Origin: Negaprion brevirostris
Taxonomy: Eukaryota
Reading direction: 5' to 3'
DNA length: 64,000 nt
Assembly (NCBI GenBank): GCA_030324005.1
Contig: JARDVH010000031.1
Coordinates: 53,735,314 to 53,799,313 of the forward strand
Part shown: positions 25,535 through 39,756 of the stretch, piece after piece
Layout: every line of letters begins with the position of its first letter
How positions within the stretch are numbered: the stretch's first letter is position 1
The notes under the pieces: model-generated
Database searches by the model: none
Told to the model about the DNA's origin: nothing
The model's input: the letters and a program-made list of their open reading frames with translations, nothing else
Made by a program: the position numbers and the translations under genes

Positions 25535-26031
25535 TTTTCATTTATCAGTCCATTCATCAATACAACAAAAGTTTAAGCCTATCTTGCTAATTAGCACACT
25601 TCAGCCTCCAGCTCAAATCATTGCCATCCTTTATCTTCTCCTTATGCTCTCTGTTTCTGTCAATGTATCTGAGTTCTGTCACCAGTTAATATTTCAGCAA
25701 TTGATTTATTTCTTCTCCATAGTCATTTCAGCCAATCAAAAGTAATGTTAAATAATTCGTAGAATTATGTTGCTGGACCAGTGTTGAAATTTAAATTTAA
25801 AGGAAGAGAATCTTGCCACTACCATTGTTCTGGCTGAGCAATTCAGGCATGTAAAAAAAAACTATGAATATTTTCACAATTAGAGTAAGATGCACTATCT
25901 ACTTAATTTCATCCTGAAATGACAAATCCCAATCAATGACTTATCAAAGATGTTTAATTTATCATATAGATGATTATCTTTTTAAAAATTCAAGTTTTAT
26001 TACTTTTATTATTATTTTACTTGTTTCACAG

Positions 26032-26283
26032 AAAGGATGTGGTTACCATTTGGATTTAATAATTGTATCCATCATGCTTGGAGTTTGCTCTATTTTGGGA
26101 TTGCCCTGGTTTGTGGCTGCCACAGTACTCTCCATATCGCATGTTAACAGCCTGAAATTGGAGTCTGAATGTTCAGCACCCGGAGAACAGCCAAAATTCT
26201 TGGGTATCCGTGAACAACGAGTAACTGGCCTTATGATATTTATTCTCATGGGTTCATCTGTCTTCATGACCTCCATTCTACAG
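26032..26283 (+). CDS. slc4a10: SLC4A10-like exon (TM9-TM11)
   Basis: ttcacAG|aaa...cag|GTAACG, 252 nt. [84 protein letters not shown]. Confidence 0.95.
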
Positions 26284-29200
26284 GTAACGTTAATGTATAA
26301 CAACTCTTTTCCACGTTTCAGTACAATTCAAAATCTGAATTGTAACAAAATAATCCAACAATTGGCTATTAGACATTTTAAATGAATGTGCATGATCATG
26401 ATCACATTTATTAACTATATTTTTCTATTAGGATATTAAGCTGTCAGCTTTAATTAGTCAAGATGAGTGGGTTGCTTTGTGTGTTATCAACAGCTCTGAG
26501 GCTGACCTGGTCAATGTCACTGATGCCTTTTTTTTACTGCAACCATTTCTTGTTATTGTACTTAACATCTCTGCCGCATTTCTGATATTGAGCACTCCAT
26601 CCACTTCCACACCTGCCCATTTGCAGTTTTCTGATTCCATTTTTACCTGTTCCTTCATGGCTCGGCTGTCTCCAGCAATGATCTCTCCTTCCACTATCAT
26701 GTAGGGTCCTCCAGTTTCATGTTACCACTCATTGACGTTGTGACATCAGTTTGCATCTATTTGCAGTCAACACCCAACCAGATTTCTCCAACAATTTCCT
26801 TGGTTCCTCGTTATTCTGTCAAACTGACTATCTGACATAAGTGGCCATTGGGAAGACTGAAAATGTTCATCTACAATTTTGTCTTTTTTTGATGGGTCTA
26901 CAATTTTGCTTCCAAGATAATTTATATTTTAGTGATATAAACAATCATGGACTTATGCTGTTTGGGAAGCTTCACGTGAAAGTAGAATCTAGTGTGGAAT
27001 TTGGAGACTGGTTCCAAAGTACAAAGGTAAAAAGGGGAGAAAGTACAGTGGCATTACTTGCTAATATAAGATCTAACTCCAATGTAAAGATAAAAGTTGA
27101 CTTCCCACAATCTGGTTTGGACCTATCCCAGTATAACGATACCATCCTAACAGGTCAGCAGTGACAAAAACTGAAGAATACAGCCAAAAGTGAAATGGAT
27201 CCAACGACAAATTTTTAGAAGTGGAAACCAATTGTCTTTGCTGCTGGTATCACTTTTTTTGTTAGATAAATCTTTTGAGGGGCTATTTCAGATTTGAAAT
27301 GCAGGCTCTAGGCCACTTTATTTACTTATGTAAAGGCCCAATACCAGTTTTTGGAGGATACCAAAGAAGCCTGAAATGTGGCTCAACCCAATATCAAGTC
27401 AAATGTCTTTCAGGTATACTTTTGGTACAAGACATTGGCTTCCAGAATTAATGCCCATATGTCCTATTGTTTCAAGTAAAACAGTCCAATTTTCTGCCCT
27501 TTCCCATGAAACACCTGTTCAATGAATTTCTTTGCCTCCATAATTAAGGGCGTTCACTGAAATTTGAAATCGTCCTGATAATACATTTTGTGAATTACCA
27601 TGAGTTTCAGCTTTTAACTCAATTGACAATTGTTGTGTTCAGTGTTTCTAGTACTACTCTTTGTTGGCNNNNNNNNNNNNNNNNNNNNNNNNNNNNNNNN
27701 NNNNNNNNNNNNNNNNNNNNNNNNNNNNNNNNNNNNNNNNNNNNNNNNNNNNNNNNNNNNNNNNNNNNCTATTTTTTGGCACTTGCATTTTTAAGTTGTC
27801 TCACAACTCAAATATTGTGTACCAGTCCCAGGGGTTATCTGGCTTTGTGACAATTTATGAGTTGGATGGCTTTTCTTTTTAGCATCCTTCTCTCCATTGA
27901 CATGAAATATGACAACTGGGCTTCTCTGGGGATATTACACCCCTGTATAATTGCTCAGGTACCTGCTCAGATAATGAAATGCGGTGACTTCCCTCTGACA
28001 CTGCTGAGCAGTGCTGGAGAGCACTTCAAGGAATTTACACAATGGTGGATAATGGGTGGATTTTAGGGCCCAACTATTTTGCAGTGGGTGCAAGTTCAGC
28101 TCTGATATTTTTTCCCCAAAAATGTACTTTATTTATAAAATTGGTAAAAAAAAAATACATGGTGTTAAGTTCCAATTTGACATTAAATAAAGTACAATAC
28201 AGTTCAGTTGTTTTCAGTGCACTAGGTGGCACTGTGGGGTATCTCATGTCATTTACAATTACAAGCTTACCTTTACAATAAAGAAACACAGTGAATATTT
28301 AATGAAACAAATAGTGATGGCTGTCAAACTTAGATTTAATGTCCTCAAGTCCTGGAGTTATCCATTCCAGTGGCACCCCAAGAAGCTAGTGATGGATCTT
28401 GTACCTGGAGCACTTTTTAAAAACATTTGCTCCATTCTTTAATATACAAAGCCAATGCACAGAGCAGATAGGGCAGGCCTTTAATCTATCTCCTTGCTTG
28501 CTCCAAAAACCACTTCAAATTCTGTACCTGAAGCACTCTCAAACTGGATGCTCCGAGAGGTCCAGGTAGCAAGGTGAAAAAGGTCAAACAGATAAGTAGG
28601 CAATTTTTTATTGCCACCTGGGTGTCATGTTGGCTGCAATTCTTCGACAGCAGTAAGAAGGCAGTCAGCTACATTTGTGAATTTGCCCTAGGCTCCTGGT
28701 ACAACCCTGTGCCAGGAGTTGAGTCTTGCACCATATGTGGGACCTGCTTATGCTAATGACCTGGCTCAGAATAGTTCAGTGTTTTTATCAGCCTGTCCAT
28801 CACTTGGGAAAGGAAAAGAGGTGCAAATTCAGGGCCTAGAACCAATTCAAATCGTTCAATATAATTTGGTTGCAAATGGTGATAAAAGTCATGGAGGAAA
28901 TCCTTATTTGCCTTAAGATAGTGTTCAAACAATGAAGACATATATATGATTAATGGACAACTAATACTTCTTTCCAATTCTGTACCCGGAAAGCATTACC
29001 ACTGAAATTTTTTTTTTACTTCTTTGGACAAATGACCTGTTTGTATTTTTAATAGAAGATTTTTTTGTTAATGAAAAATAAGCTCATGATCTGCTGGATG
29101 GAAAGCAGTGGATGAAATGGTTGGTTGTACGAATTGGATCTGGTAGAGAGGAGAAGAATGACATATATTAACATTTAACAGCGAAGGCCCAAGCTTTAAC

Positions 29201-29294
29201 TATTATAGATACCAATAGATATAGATACAGTTATTATAGATACAAATCCTGCAATTATACCAAAGAAAAAATTTGTTCTTTTTCTTTGTTTTAG

Positions 29295-29363
29295 TTTATT
29301 CCAATGCCAGTGTTGTATGGAGTGTTCCTATACATGGGTGCATCTTCTCTAAGAGGAATTCAG
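29295..29363 (+). CDS. slc4a10: SLC4A10-like exon (TM12)
   Basis: ttgttttAG|ttt...cag|GTAAGG, 69 nt. [23 protein letters not shown]. Confidence 0.94.
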
Positions 29364-29439
29364 GTAAGGAATACATTTTGTGGTTACCAAGTTAGATTAT
29401 GCCAATGGTGATAAAAATCTAAACTACGCAGCTGAACAT

Positions 29440-30155
29440 ACTGGGGTTTACCATTGACTAGAAATCTCAGTGGACAAACCTTATAAATACTGTGGGTGCA
29501 AGACCGAGTCATGGACTGGTAATTCTGTAAGTAACTCACTTACTGACTCCCCAAAACCTATCCATTATTTGCAAGTCACAAGTCCGGAGTGTGATTAAAT
29601 ATTCTCCAGTTGCCTGGGTGAGTGCAGCTCAAGAAGCACATCGTCATTCAGAAGAAAGCAGCATACTATATTGGCATCCCATCCATCATCTGAAACACTC
29701 GCTCCCTGCAGTGGCNNNNNNNNNNNNNNNNNNNNNNNNNNNNNNNNNNNNNNNNNNNNNNNNNNNNNNNNNNNNNNNNNNNNNNNNNNNNNNNNNNNNN
29801 NNNNNNNNNNNNNNNTGGCATCCCATCCATCATCTGAAACCCTCGCTCCCTGCAGTGGCAGCAAAGAAAATACTATCTCCAGAATACACTGCAGAAACTT
29901 CCTTTGATCGAATCTTCCAATCTGTGACCTCTACCACCTCGAAGGACAAGGTCAGTAGCTGCGTGGAAACAACATCATCTGAAAGTTTGTCTCCAAGTTA
30001 CATCCCTTCCTGACTTGGAATTATTCCTCCACTGCCCTGGGTCTAAAACTTTGGACTTACTCCCAGTAGCACTATGAATGAAAGCTACGCCACAAGAAAA
30101 TGGCTTACCTTCTCGAGAGCAATGAGGGAATGGGCCAACAAATGCCTTGCCAACA
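29440..30155 (+). mobile_element. LINE 3' fragment (family also at 45050-45970 and 63420-63640)
   Basis: Shared segments (ggggttaccattgac.agaa, tacaaggc...caggagtgtgatg.aata.tc.cca, ttggcacccatcc) and a gggcaa.aaatgc tail. Confidence 0.6.
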
Positions 30156-33100
30156 GGTCTCAGAATAGATGTAGGTTGAAGTTTCCTCAGTTCTGATTGT
30201 TGATCCTAATGTTAGAAGAGCAACCCCAATATTACAGTGTGCTTTTTCCTGTTTCTCTCTCTGTGTCGCATTACACTTTTTTGCCTTCCTGGAGTGAGGC
30301 CACAACTTTCAATTTAAGCTATGTATAGTTTTGTAGTATATGTTAATTGTCACAGAACAATTGATTGAAAATACTTGAAAGTTGTTTTACATGGACTGAG
30401 CCAACTGAGCTGAATGAAATACAGCCTATAGCTTTTGGAATGAGAACATCTCTGGCACCAAGACAAACATGCACATTGTGACTAATTGTTTACGAATCAA
30501 AGCTAACTCCCATGGTCATAGTTGATGATTTCATTAAGTCTTCCACAGAGTACTAGATCTGGAATTCTTTTTCAGAGAGAATTTGGCATGGTAAACTGAG
30601 TAGCATTGGCTTGTGGAGACTTGTCTCAAACATGCTTCCCATTTTATTAGTGAATTATTATAGTTATTTACTGTACCTAAAAAAACACCAGCCGACTTTG
30701 GGGCCTGTTAGGAGCCCAGTGCACATAACTTTAATGGGATTAATAGGAAAAAATTTGCACCTGTAGCCTATGTCCCCCAATATCCATCCACAAATAATTA
30801 GCACCACAATGTAAGTAACAGTAAGAATACAGAAAGGTAGCTCTGTGCTAAATAATACATTGAAAAGGCTATTGCACATGCTGCCACTGAAGTTGGCATC
30901 ACTTTGCCTGAAAATTGACCTGAGTGGTGCTTTGGAACCTGAGTCATATCATTTGCTGCTTCATTTCATTTAGTTTTACTGAATGTACTGTTTTGCATTG
31001 AATTTCTGAATGGCAAAAACTCCGTTCTATGAAGTTGAGGAGAATGAAGATATAGAAGAGGTCAGATTGGAATTTCCTAGAGTAAAACATCTTAGAAGGT
31101 GCTTTGCTGCAAATGCCCATACCCACTCACAAGGATATGCAAGCCAAGATAAGTTCTTGTTTAGACTTTTCTGGGTTTCAAAGTCTCAGAGTTTGTGCAT
31201 CTACCTACCCACTCACCCACCTCACATGCATCAGAAATTATTGAGGAAATATGTCAACTGCTGGCTGAAAATCTGCTGCCCACTTAACCAAGAGAAGGAT
31301 ATTAATTGTGTCAGTCAAGATCACCTTGGATACCTCTGACTTTTGATTTTTTGAGGCAATATCTGATAACCTTTCCAAATGTAGGTAGTTACCCACCACT
31401 ACATCAAGAAGGTCACTGATGATCTCTTCCACAGGGCTGCTCCTTATCATATTTTTCAATGATTAACAGATTAAATGTAGCACTTAAAACTCTATATTGC
31501 AACCTCTTAAATGTTATTATAAGAAAAGACTTTCATTCAATTAATGTCCAGCCAGTCACCTTATCTGCACGTCAGTGGCAGAAGCCCAGGAAGTCTTCAA
31601 AGTGCTTTAAGCAGGTGATAAACCATCAGGCCTGGCCTCATCAGTGTGGTTGAATGCAAATCAAGGATATCACTTGCATAATGGCTGGACTCAGTAAAAC
31701 TGCTATAGACACAATGGGCCACTTGATACAAGGAGGCCCAGGCTATTACAAGAGATGGCAATGAACAACAGATTGAAATTATCAAGTGCCGTTTTAGGCG
31801 TGCGCCTTAAGAATCTATTGTTATGCTTTCTGTGAAGCATAACAATGAAAATGGAACAACTAGTAGGGGATAAGGGAAGTTGCATTTCCTGAGTTTTATG
31901 GAGGAAATGGATCTCAGCATCATGGTACTGGTTGGGACAGAGCTAATCATCTGGTGTTGCTATGAGTAGTGAGAATGGTGATATGCTCCGACAATATGCC
32001 CCTTCTGATCTCCCAGCTTACCTGCATTCTCTTATCTGATATGATGAGTAAGCTACTGATGGTGTGGCCATTGANNNNNNNNNNGGGGATTTAATGCTTT
32101 GAGTCACCCAAGAGCTGCTGCCTGCGCAGAAAAAGAGAGAGCTACAGCATGGTAGTAATGAGGAGGCCCTGTCATGAGAAATTACATTTGCAGTCATCAG
32201 TTCAGATGTTGGCACTGCATGTACTTTGGAGGTTAACATAGAGTTGGGATCAGCACAGGCTAAAGTCAGGTTGTATTAAAGGATGGCTCATTTCTTAGCT
32301 TAACAGAGAGCAACGTTACAGATGATTCAGGTGAGGATTTCATGGGATGGCAGACAAGCTGATGGACATGCACACTGAGACACTGGGGTGCATTAATTAG
32401 CTGCCTGACCTATTCCAGTAACTGTTAAGGAGCCTGGAAGAGTCTAGTTCCAAGTTAGTAGGGGACACCTTGCAGAGTTTGTCCTTTCTACAGCCTCATT
32501 TCCATTTCCCTACTATGCTATAGACCCAGAGACACCACCATTGGTGCCTGCCATACTGTAGCAGCAATGCTCTTTGGAAAATCCAGGAACTCACTACACC
32601 ACCATAAACACTCTGTACTTCTACTTTGCAATAACATAAGTTTTTTTAAAGTTACCTTATCTGAAAGGTGGCTGTCTGGCCCATAAAACAGTGCTAGTGC
32701 AGGACCTATCTTACAACTCTGCACCTTCTCTTTGTATAGCAATCATTAAACTCTTATAGAATCCTACCAACAGCCAGAAGAAATTAACCAACAACTAATC
32801 TGTAAGTAGTTGATGATCCTTTTAAATGGTGCTGGTTCAGGGGTGGTGTCTTTTCTGCTGCTGAAAACATGTTTAGATGTGCAGATTAAGAGAGGGCAAA
32901 CCAAAGTTAAATGGTTGTAAAACATTGATTGATGTTATGATCTGTTTGTGCAGCACACCTTTCACTGCACCTGTGCTGACACCCTATCCATTATGTCATC
33001 TGGTGCACTCAACCCACTAGTGTTCATGGGTGGCATTTTGGAGATCTAAGGGCACTAATAGCACCCCAAAAAAGAGCACTAATGTGCCAGCTTTTTACTT

Positions 33101-33469
33101 ATAATATAGGTAAGCCTTTGGCAGTGCACTAGGTGGTACTATTCTAAGAATCTAGGGATGAGTAATGCAATGATGATGCTGAATGGAAATTACGGAACTC
33201 TAGCAAGGTCTTGTTAGAGATAGTGAACCATTATTTCTGTGGGGAATTTCACGTGACATTGGAGGTCTGTGCGCCTAGTGTTTAGTAGGTGGCCCTCCAA
33301 AATGGATTCAATGAAGTGATCAGCCTAAAATATGTTCACAACATCCAACTAGTGCTCAGCACTCATATAAAATGAGTGTTGGTTCATCAACTCTTTGTGG
33401 TTAGTTTTCAGAGACAAGAATTTGTAGTTGCAGTAGATTGGTAAACTGCAAACATGATTGAATCATGAT

Positions 33470-34328
33470 GTTGATTCTCACAAAAAATTCTAAGTGCCAA
33501 ATTCGCTTGAAAACTGGAGTAAATCATGCCGCTTTTCTCAGCAGGAGTTTCAAAATGAATCTCCCACACTCTGCACTGCAAAGTGCGTTAGCGCAAATCA
33601 CACTAAAAATCAGTGTGCAGAGCCTATTCCCACCTGGGAGGCCAGTAGGCCAGTAGCAGAACACTGAGTGGGCCATTGCGCATGCGCCGATCTGTCAGCA
33701 CTGAGTTTGGTGCATGCCCCCTCCTGCCAACATCCTGATCGTTGGCCAACTCGATCGCCAGCAAGCCCTGCAACCCCCACATCACCAGCTGTGCAATTTC
33801 ACCCTCCTCTCCACGGCCCAATTGCTGGCCCCCCAACCATGACCCTCCCCACCGCCCAACAGTACTGACCCAACCTCAACCCCTGATCTGCAGCCCCTGG
33901 CAACCCCAGCCCCTCCGCCCACCCTAATGCTGGCCTCCTTCCTTCAAGCACCGACCCTGTCTGCAGTGTGGCAATGGGACACCCCACCGATCACCCATCA
34001 GATCCTGTCCCAGGCCCCACCCCCCCACATTGCCATCCTTCCCCCTTGGCACTGCCCCATGCCCAATTGGGCAATTGCCCATTTGGCAGTGCCGAGAGAG
34101 ACTTGCGGGCCTAGAGATTTCAGTCCTGGACCTGCTAATCATATTTAAATTATATTAAAATCCCCTCCCCCCAATACTTGCAGCTTGCACCTATTTCTGG
34201 CACAGAGCTGATGTTGCCAGAAATCTGGTGTTGGGAGAAGTGCATGGATCACACTAACCAGCTCCACTGAAATCTCCTGGCCCACTGCGCTAATTTATTA
34301 GTGCAGCAGGATGGGAGAATCACCCCCT
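33470..34328. mobile_element. Non-autonomous Harbinger-like element with a C-rich interior
   Basis: Start gattctcacaaaaaattctaagtg is similar to 21934-21960 and the end is ggagaatcacccc. The GC/C-rich interior resembles 22150-22440. Confidence 0.5.
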
Positions 34329-34334
34329 ATGTGC

Positions 34335-35878
34335 CTGTTCAACAAAGAAGGAAGACAGAAAGCAGGAAATGATGGGCCAGTTAGCCTAACATCCATCAGT
34401 GGGAAAGAGTGCTAAAATCCATTATTACAGAAGTAGTCGAAGGGTCAACATACTTTTGTAAAATGGATATCATCTTTAATAAACTTATTTGAGTACTTTG
34501 AGGATGTGACAAGCAGGTTGAATAAAGGGGAAGCAGTAGAGGTAGTGTATTCAGATTTGGCAAGGTGCCACCCAAAAGGCTACTACAGAAGATAACTTAT
34601 GGCGTTGGGGTGATATGCTAGATAGAGCACAGCTAACTAACAGGAAACAGAGTATCAGGATGAATAGGTGATTTTCAGGATGATAAATGTTAAATAATGG
34701 AGTATCACAGAAATCAACCCAAGGGCTTTTATGATCTATGTTATTGACTTAGATACAGAAATCAACAGTATTGTAGTCAACCGCATTGCTAACTATAAAA
34801 GAACGTAAGAACATAAGAAATAGGAGCAGGACTGGGCCATCTAGCCCTTCGAGCCTGCCCCACCATTCAATAAGATCATGGCTGATCTGTCGTGGCTCAG
34901 TTCCACACTCCNNNNNNNNNNNNNNNNNNNNNNNNNNNNNNNNNNNNNNNNNNNNNNNNNNNNNNNNNNNNNNNNNNNNNNNNNNNNNNNNNNNNNNNNN
35001 NNNNNNNNNNNTTCCCTGCCTTTTGCCTGCCACCCTTCTTAAACAACGGCGTAACATTAGCCGTTTTCCAATCTTCCGGCACTTCCCCAGATAGGAAAGC
35101 AATTTGTGAAGAGGATACAAAGAGTCTGCAAAGAAATAGAGATAGATTAATTGAGTAGGCAAAAATTAAACAAATGGAGTATAAAGTGGGAAAATCTGAG
35201 GTTTTACACTTTGGTAGGAAGAATAGAAATTCTGAAAATTATTTAGATAGAGAATACACTGCAGAAGGTTCTGGATGCCCATGTACTTAAATCACAAAAA
35301 GTTGGAAGGCAAATTGAACTTTGGCCTTTATTGCAAAGGGGGATGGAGTGTGAAAGTAAGGAAACCTTGCTGGAGCTGTGCAGGGTCTTGCTGAGGCTAC
35401 ATCTAGAGTACTGTGTAGAATTTTGGTCACCTTAATTAAAGACAGAGTTAGTTGCATTGGAAGCATTTCAGGGAAGGTTCACTAGGCTGAGTTCTTGCGT
35501 GAGTAGTTTGTTCTAAGAGAAAAGGTTGAACATGTTGGGCCTATACTCGTTAGAGTTTAGAAGAATGAGAGGTGATCGTACTGAAACGTAAGATTTTGAC
35601 TGAACTTGATGGTAGATGCTAAAAGGACGTTTCTTGTCATGGGGGAATCTGAGTGTAAAAATAATATGGAGATGAGGTGCAACTTCTTCTCTGAGTGGAT
35701 CATTAGTCTTTGGAATTCTCTTTCTCAGCAATTAGCGGGACATTGACTATATTCAAGGCTAAAATAGTGAGTTCAGAATTATGGAGGCCAGGCAGGAAAA
35801 TGGAGGTAAGGCAACAATCGAATTAATCATGGTCTTTTTTAATGGCCTACTGCTGTTGCTTTTTCTTATATCCTTGCG
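34335..35878 (+). mobile_element. Decayed CR1 RT to 3' end
   Basis: Remnants of RPVSLTS, VYxDFxKxF, and [14 protein letters not shown] at 35530-35580. Confidence 0.8.
34800..35090 (-). mobile_element. Younger CR1 inserted antisense (mostly gap)
   Basis: PEDWKTANVTPLFKKGGRQKAG, and the tail gaacataagaaataggagcagga. Confidence 0.8.
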
Positions 35879-36497
35879 TTGAATTAGATTGTGACAAATG
35901 AATACAGTGATTTGTCAGTTTAAATGCTGCTTTGTTTTGGCTTCACTATTGAAACAATTTATTTATGTTAAAGTTGAATTCCCTCTACCATCTGTGAGCG
36001 GTTGGCAACAGAACTCAAAATGTCAATAGTCTTAATAGCATCCTTGGGTATCCCACTGGGCATACCAATCTGTCTGCTATTTCTGACAGAGGAAGAAGAG
36101 GCATGCAAAACAAGCCTGTTTGCATCTTAGCCAAAGTATTAGGCATTTAGATGCACATGAAAATTATGATTAGGGAAGAAGGTTCTGTGAGAACGGTACA
36201 GTTCTTTAGACAGACCTTGACACTACAGTTATGTTAATTAGTTAATGGCAAGGCAGCAGTTGTCTTCAACTTTACTGCTGCTGCTGTTTTTCACACAATA
36301 ACATAACAAATTTGCAAAACTTCTCTATCGGTAGTGTGCAGTTAAATGAAGTAGGAGACAGATGTTTTGTTAACCCAAAGCAAAAATGTAATGATCTTCT
36401 CAGTAGAAATCAGCAAAAATTCTGAAAGACCCCTGCAATTTTACTATCTGAGTTCCCAAACTGTACAGCAGTGCTTCCCAAAGATAAAGGTTGTTGA

Positions 36498-36800
36498 AGT
36501 TTATTTATTAATGTCACAAGTAGGCTTACATTAACTCTGCAATGAAGTTATTGTGAAAATCCCCTAATCGCCACATTCTGGCAGCTGTTTGGGTACACTG
36601 AGGGAGAATTCAGCATGGCCAATGCACCTAACCAGCATGTATTTCGGACTGTGGGAGGAAACTGGAGCACCCGAAGGAAACCCACGCAGACATGGGGAGA
36701 TTGTGCAGACTCTGCATAGACAGTGACCCAAGCCAGGAATTGAACCCAGTCCCTGGCACTGTGAGATTGCACTGCTTAACCACTGTGCACCATGCCACCC
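36498..36800 (-). mobile_element. V-SINE, full length
   Basis: Reverse-complement homolog of 1389-1690 with A and B boxes. Confidence 0.85.
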
Positions 36801-37294
36801 ATATTTTTCCTGGAGTGACCTCATTTTAATTCTCCAGGTTTANNNNNNNNNNGTGACCATAGGATGAAAATCTGGAGGGTGCAGGAGTTGTTGAGCCAGA
36901 GGATGGCCCTCCATTGTTGAGCAGGGTGGGGTAGCACCAAAGTAAAACAGACCAGCAAGATATTAAGGTTAACTATTTAATTATTAACATTCACGCAAAC
37001 ATTAGACACCTGAAAATCTGTGTTTTGAAATGTAAACTACTTTGTGAAAGAGTAATCTCACTCACATCAGGCACAGATTCTCTATGCTGACTTTTGTGAT
37101 ATGCCCAAACTAGCAAAAAGGAAAGTAATAATTTTAATCTCTGGCAAACATGTTCCATAATTTAAACGGTAACAAGTGATGCAAGAAACATGAAAAATCG
37201 CTAATGATTTGAAAAAGGCTGAAGAGACTGAGGCTGAGTTGTTTACAAACCCTAAGCATAGCGTGCTCAAAACAGACAGTGAGACTACGTGTGC

Positions 37295-37760
37295 AAAGCT
37301 TGTTCTCTCCTCTCCCGACAAACTGTGAGCCAGGGGAAAAAATTAGGCACATGTATCAAGGGGCAGCAGAGCTGCTCCCTGGATTTGTTCAAAGTGTTAG
37401 TCCCGGTGAGAAAACCAGGGAGAATCCCGGCGGCGGGAAAAGTCACCATTTATTCAGCCTCTTTAACAACATTTTTTTTCCATGTGTTTCACGCTGTGCT
37501 CATGGCAGCTTGCCTGTGATTCACTCGCCCAGGTGAAACTTAATCTTTGCAAACAGTGGGGCGCTCTTTTTAAACGCCAACCCCAGCACTTGTTCCAAGT
37601 CCATTCGGAGGTTGGCTGGCAGTAAGACAGCACCACATTTCACAGAGAGAGTCCTCAGCAAACTTCTAGATGGCGTCGAGCATATTGACATCTTCTACCT
37701 GTGAGCGATCAGACACCCAGTAAGCACGGTCAGCAACCTTGCCTGGGAGGCTGCTCTGCC
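37295..37760 (+). mobile_element. Harbinger end with a Myb-like ORF start
   Basis: APHFTERVLSKLLDGVEHIDIFYL*...NLAWEAA at 37630-37755, truncated by a CR1. Confidence 0.55.
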
Positions 37761-38468
37761 ATTCAATTAAATCATGATTGATTTGATATAACCCTTGTCT
37801 CCACTTTCTTGCCTTATCCCCATTACCCTTGATTTACTTACTGATTAAAAATTTGTCTATCTCAGCCTTGAACATACTTAATGACCCTCCATAATCCTCT
37901 ACAGTAAAGAATTCCACAGATTCACTACCCTCTGAGGGAATAAATTCCTCTTCTTCTCTGTCTTAAATGGGTGACCCTTTACTCTGAGATTATGACCTCT
38001 GGTCCTAGACTCTCCCACAAAGGGAAACAATCTCTCAGCATCTACCCTGTCAAGCTCCCTAAGAATCCCCTATGTCTCAATAAGATCACCACTTAATCTT
38101 CTAAACTCCAATAAGTATAGGCACAACCTATTCAACCTTTCCTCATAAGAAAATCCGTCCATACCTGGGAACAACCTCGTGTACCTTGTCTGGACTGCCT
38201 CTCAATGCCAAAATATCTTTCTTTAGCTATACTGTTCACAGCATTCCAGGTGTGGTCCAACTAGTGCCCTGTTTAGTTTTGATAAGACTTCGCTATTTTT
38301 ATACTCCCATTCCTTTTGAAATAAAGGCCAGCGTTGCATTTGCTTTCCCAATTAACTGCTGAACTTACGTGCTAGCTCTTTGTGATTGATGCACGAGGAC
38401 CCCCAAATCCCTCTGTGCTGTAGTTTTCTACAGTCTTTCTCCATTTAAATAATATTCAGTTCCTTATT
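37758..38468 (-). mobile_element. CR1 LINE 3' portion
   Basis: Homologous to 8500-8950; minus strand reads FSYEERLNRLCLYLLEFRRLSGDLIET. Confidence 0.85.
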
Positions 38469-38494
38469 CAGGAATGATGTCTTTTTTTTAACAG

Positions 38495-38668
38495 TTATTT
38501 GACCGTTTGAAACTCTTTGGGATGCCTGCAAAACATCAACCTGACTTCATCTACCTACGGCATGTGCCTCTTCGGAAAGTTCACCTCTTCACTGTGATCC
38601 AAGCTTCTTGCTTGATTATTCTCTGGGTAATAAAAGCTTCCCCGGCTGCCATTGTCTTTCCTATGATG
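38495..38668 (+). CDS. slc4a10: SLC4A10-like exon (TM13 to start of TM14)
   Basis: tttttttaacAG|tta...atg|GTATGA, 174 nt. [58 protein letters not shown]. Confidence 0.94.
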
Positions 38669-39055
38669 GTATGAACCTATAATTATAAAAATACCCCAAA
38701 TTATTTTAGAAATGAAGCCAAAATGCACATAGAGTTATCAGTCCTGCTTTACTTTAAAAACTATTTTGGTGATGATACATTTAAAGTTATGATACAACGT
38801 GATCATTATATCTACTTGCCTTAATCAAACTTTAGAAATAAGTAAAAGTTCATTAAGATGATCATAAAAGTAAAATATTTTATGTGCATTTTTGAAGTGA
38901 TATAAAAAGTGAAGTGTTGGTAGAGGATTTATTACATTTCAGAAATAGCGGTGGCTTTTTCTAATTACTTTCACAGTTATGCTTTTCCATGCTAACCAAC
39001 ACTTTTATTTTTAGTTTTTCTGCTTGGTGATTGCTGAGGCTTGCATATGTTTCAG

Positions 39056-39178
39056 GTTTTGGCCCTTGTGTTTATACGGAAACTGATGGATTTTATCTTC
39101 ACTAAACGAGAGTTGAGCTGGCTGGATGATTTGATGCCTGAGAGTAAAAAGAAAAAGTTAGAAGATGAAGAAAAAGAA
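39056..39178 (+). CDS. slc4a10: SLC4A10-like exon (TM14 to C-tail)
   Basis: tgtttcAG|gtt...gaa|GTAAGA, 123 nt. VLALVFIRKLMDFIFTKRELSWLDDLMPESKKKKLEDEEKE. Confidence 0.94.
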
Positions 39179-39756
39179 GTAAGAGACTTGAGTCAGCCAT
39201 TTCCTTGTCTGCACTGCCTAATTTTTAGGTCACACTAGAGTAGCCGGAAGAGGAAAATTGAACAGTCTTACCTGCTGGAAATGTGCCGTGTTTGCATCCT
39301 CTCTCATTTTCAGATGTGTCGGGCTGATATTGTTTAAATTGTTCAGCTTAGATGGGTGGCTGTGTCTGACTTTAATGTATACCTAACCATCTCATCACTC
39401 TTTTAGTCTTTTCTCACTTCTTTAGCACTCCTGGACTGTTCTCTTCTATTCCAGTGCCTGATTTCGCTTTTCCCCTATCAGATACTCTGCTCTCCCAATT
39501 CCCTGAACCCAATCCTTAAGGGTATTCCCTGAGCTTCCTGCTCTCTTGTCATTTGTGCTAGGCTTGTGTCCATCCCAGTGGCCTGTTTGTGGCCTCTTCC
39601 TGTCCAACTAACTCCTCTTACAGCTGCTGTTGACGCTACCGGTGGTTCAGTTCTCACTGCCCCTCTATACATCTCCCTCCAGTATGTCCATTCACTTGTG
39701 GATTAGGTCCTTTTCACCCATGAATTTGCAGTGGATGAATATTTCTACTGATTTTG

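Noticed and set aside
29672-29860. Apparent 44-bp direct repeat flanking a gap
   Set aside because: Near-identical sequence on both sides of a 100-N gap is a typical scaffolding overlap artefact.
31850-32750. Possible additional Harbinger transposase remnant
   Set aside because: Too degenerate to identify catalytic motifs confidently by eye.
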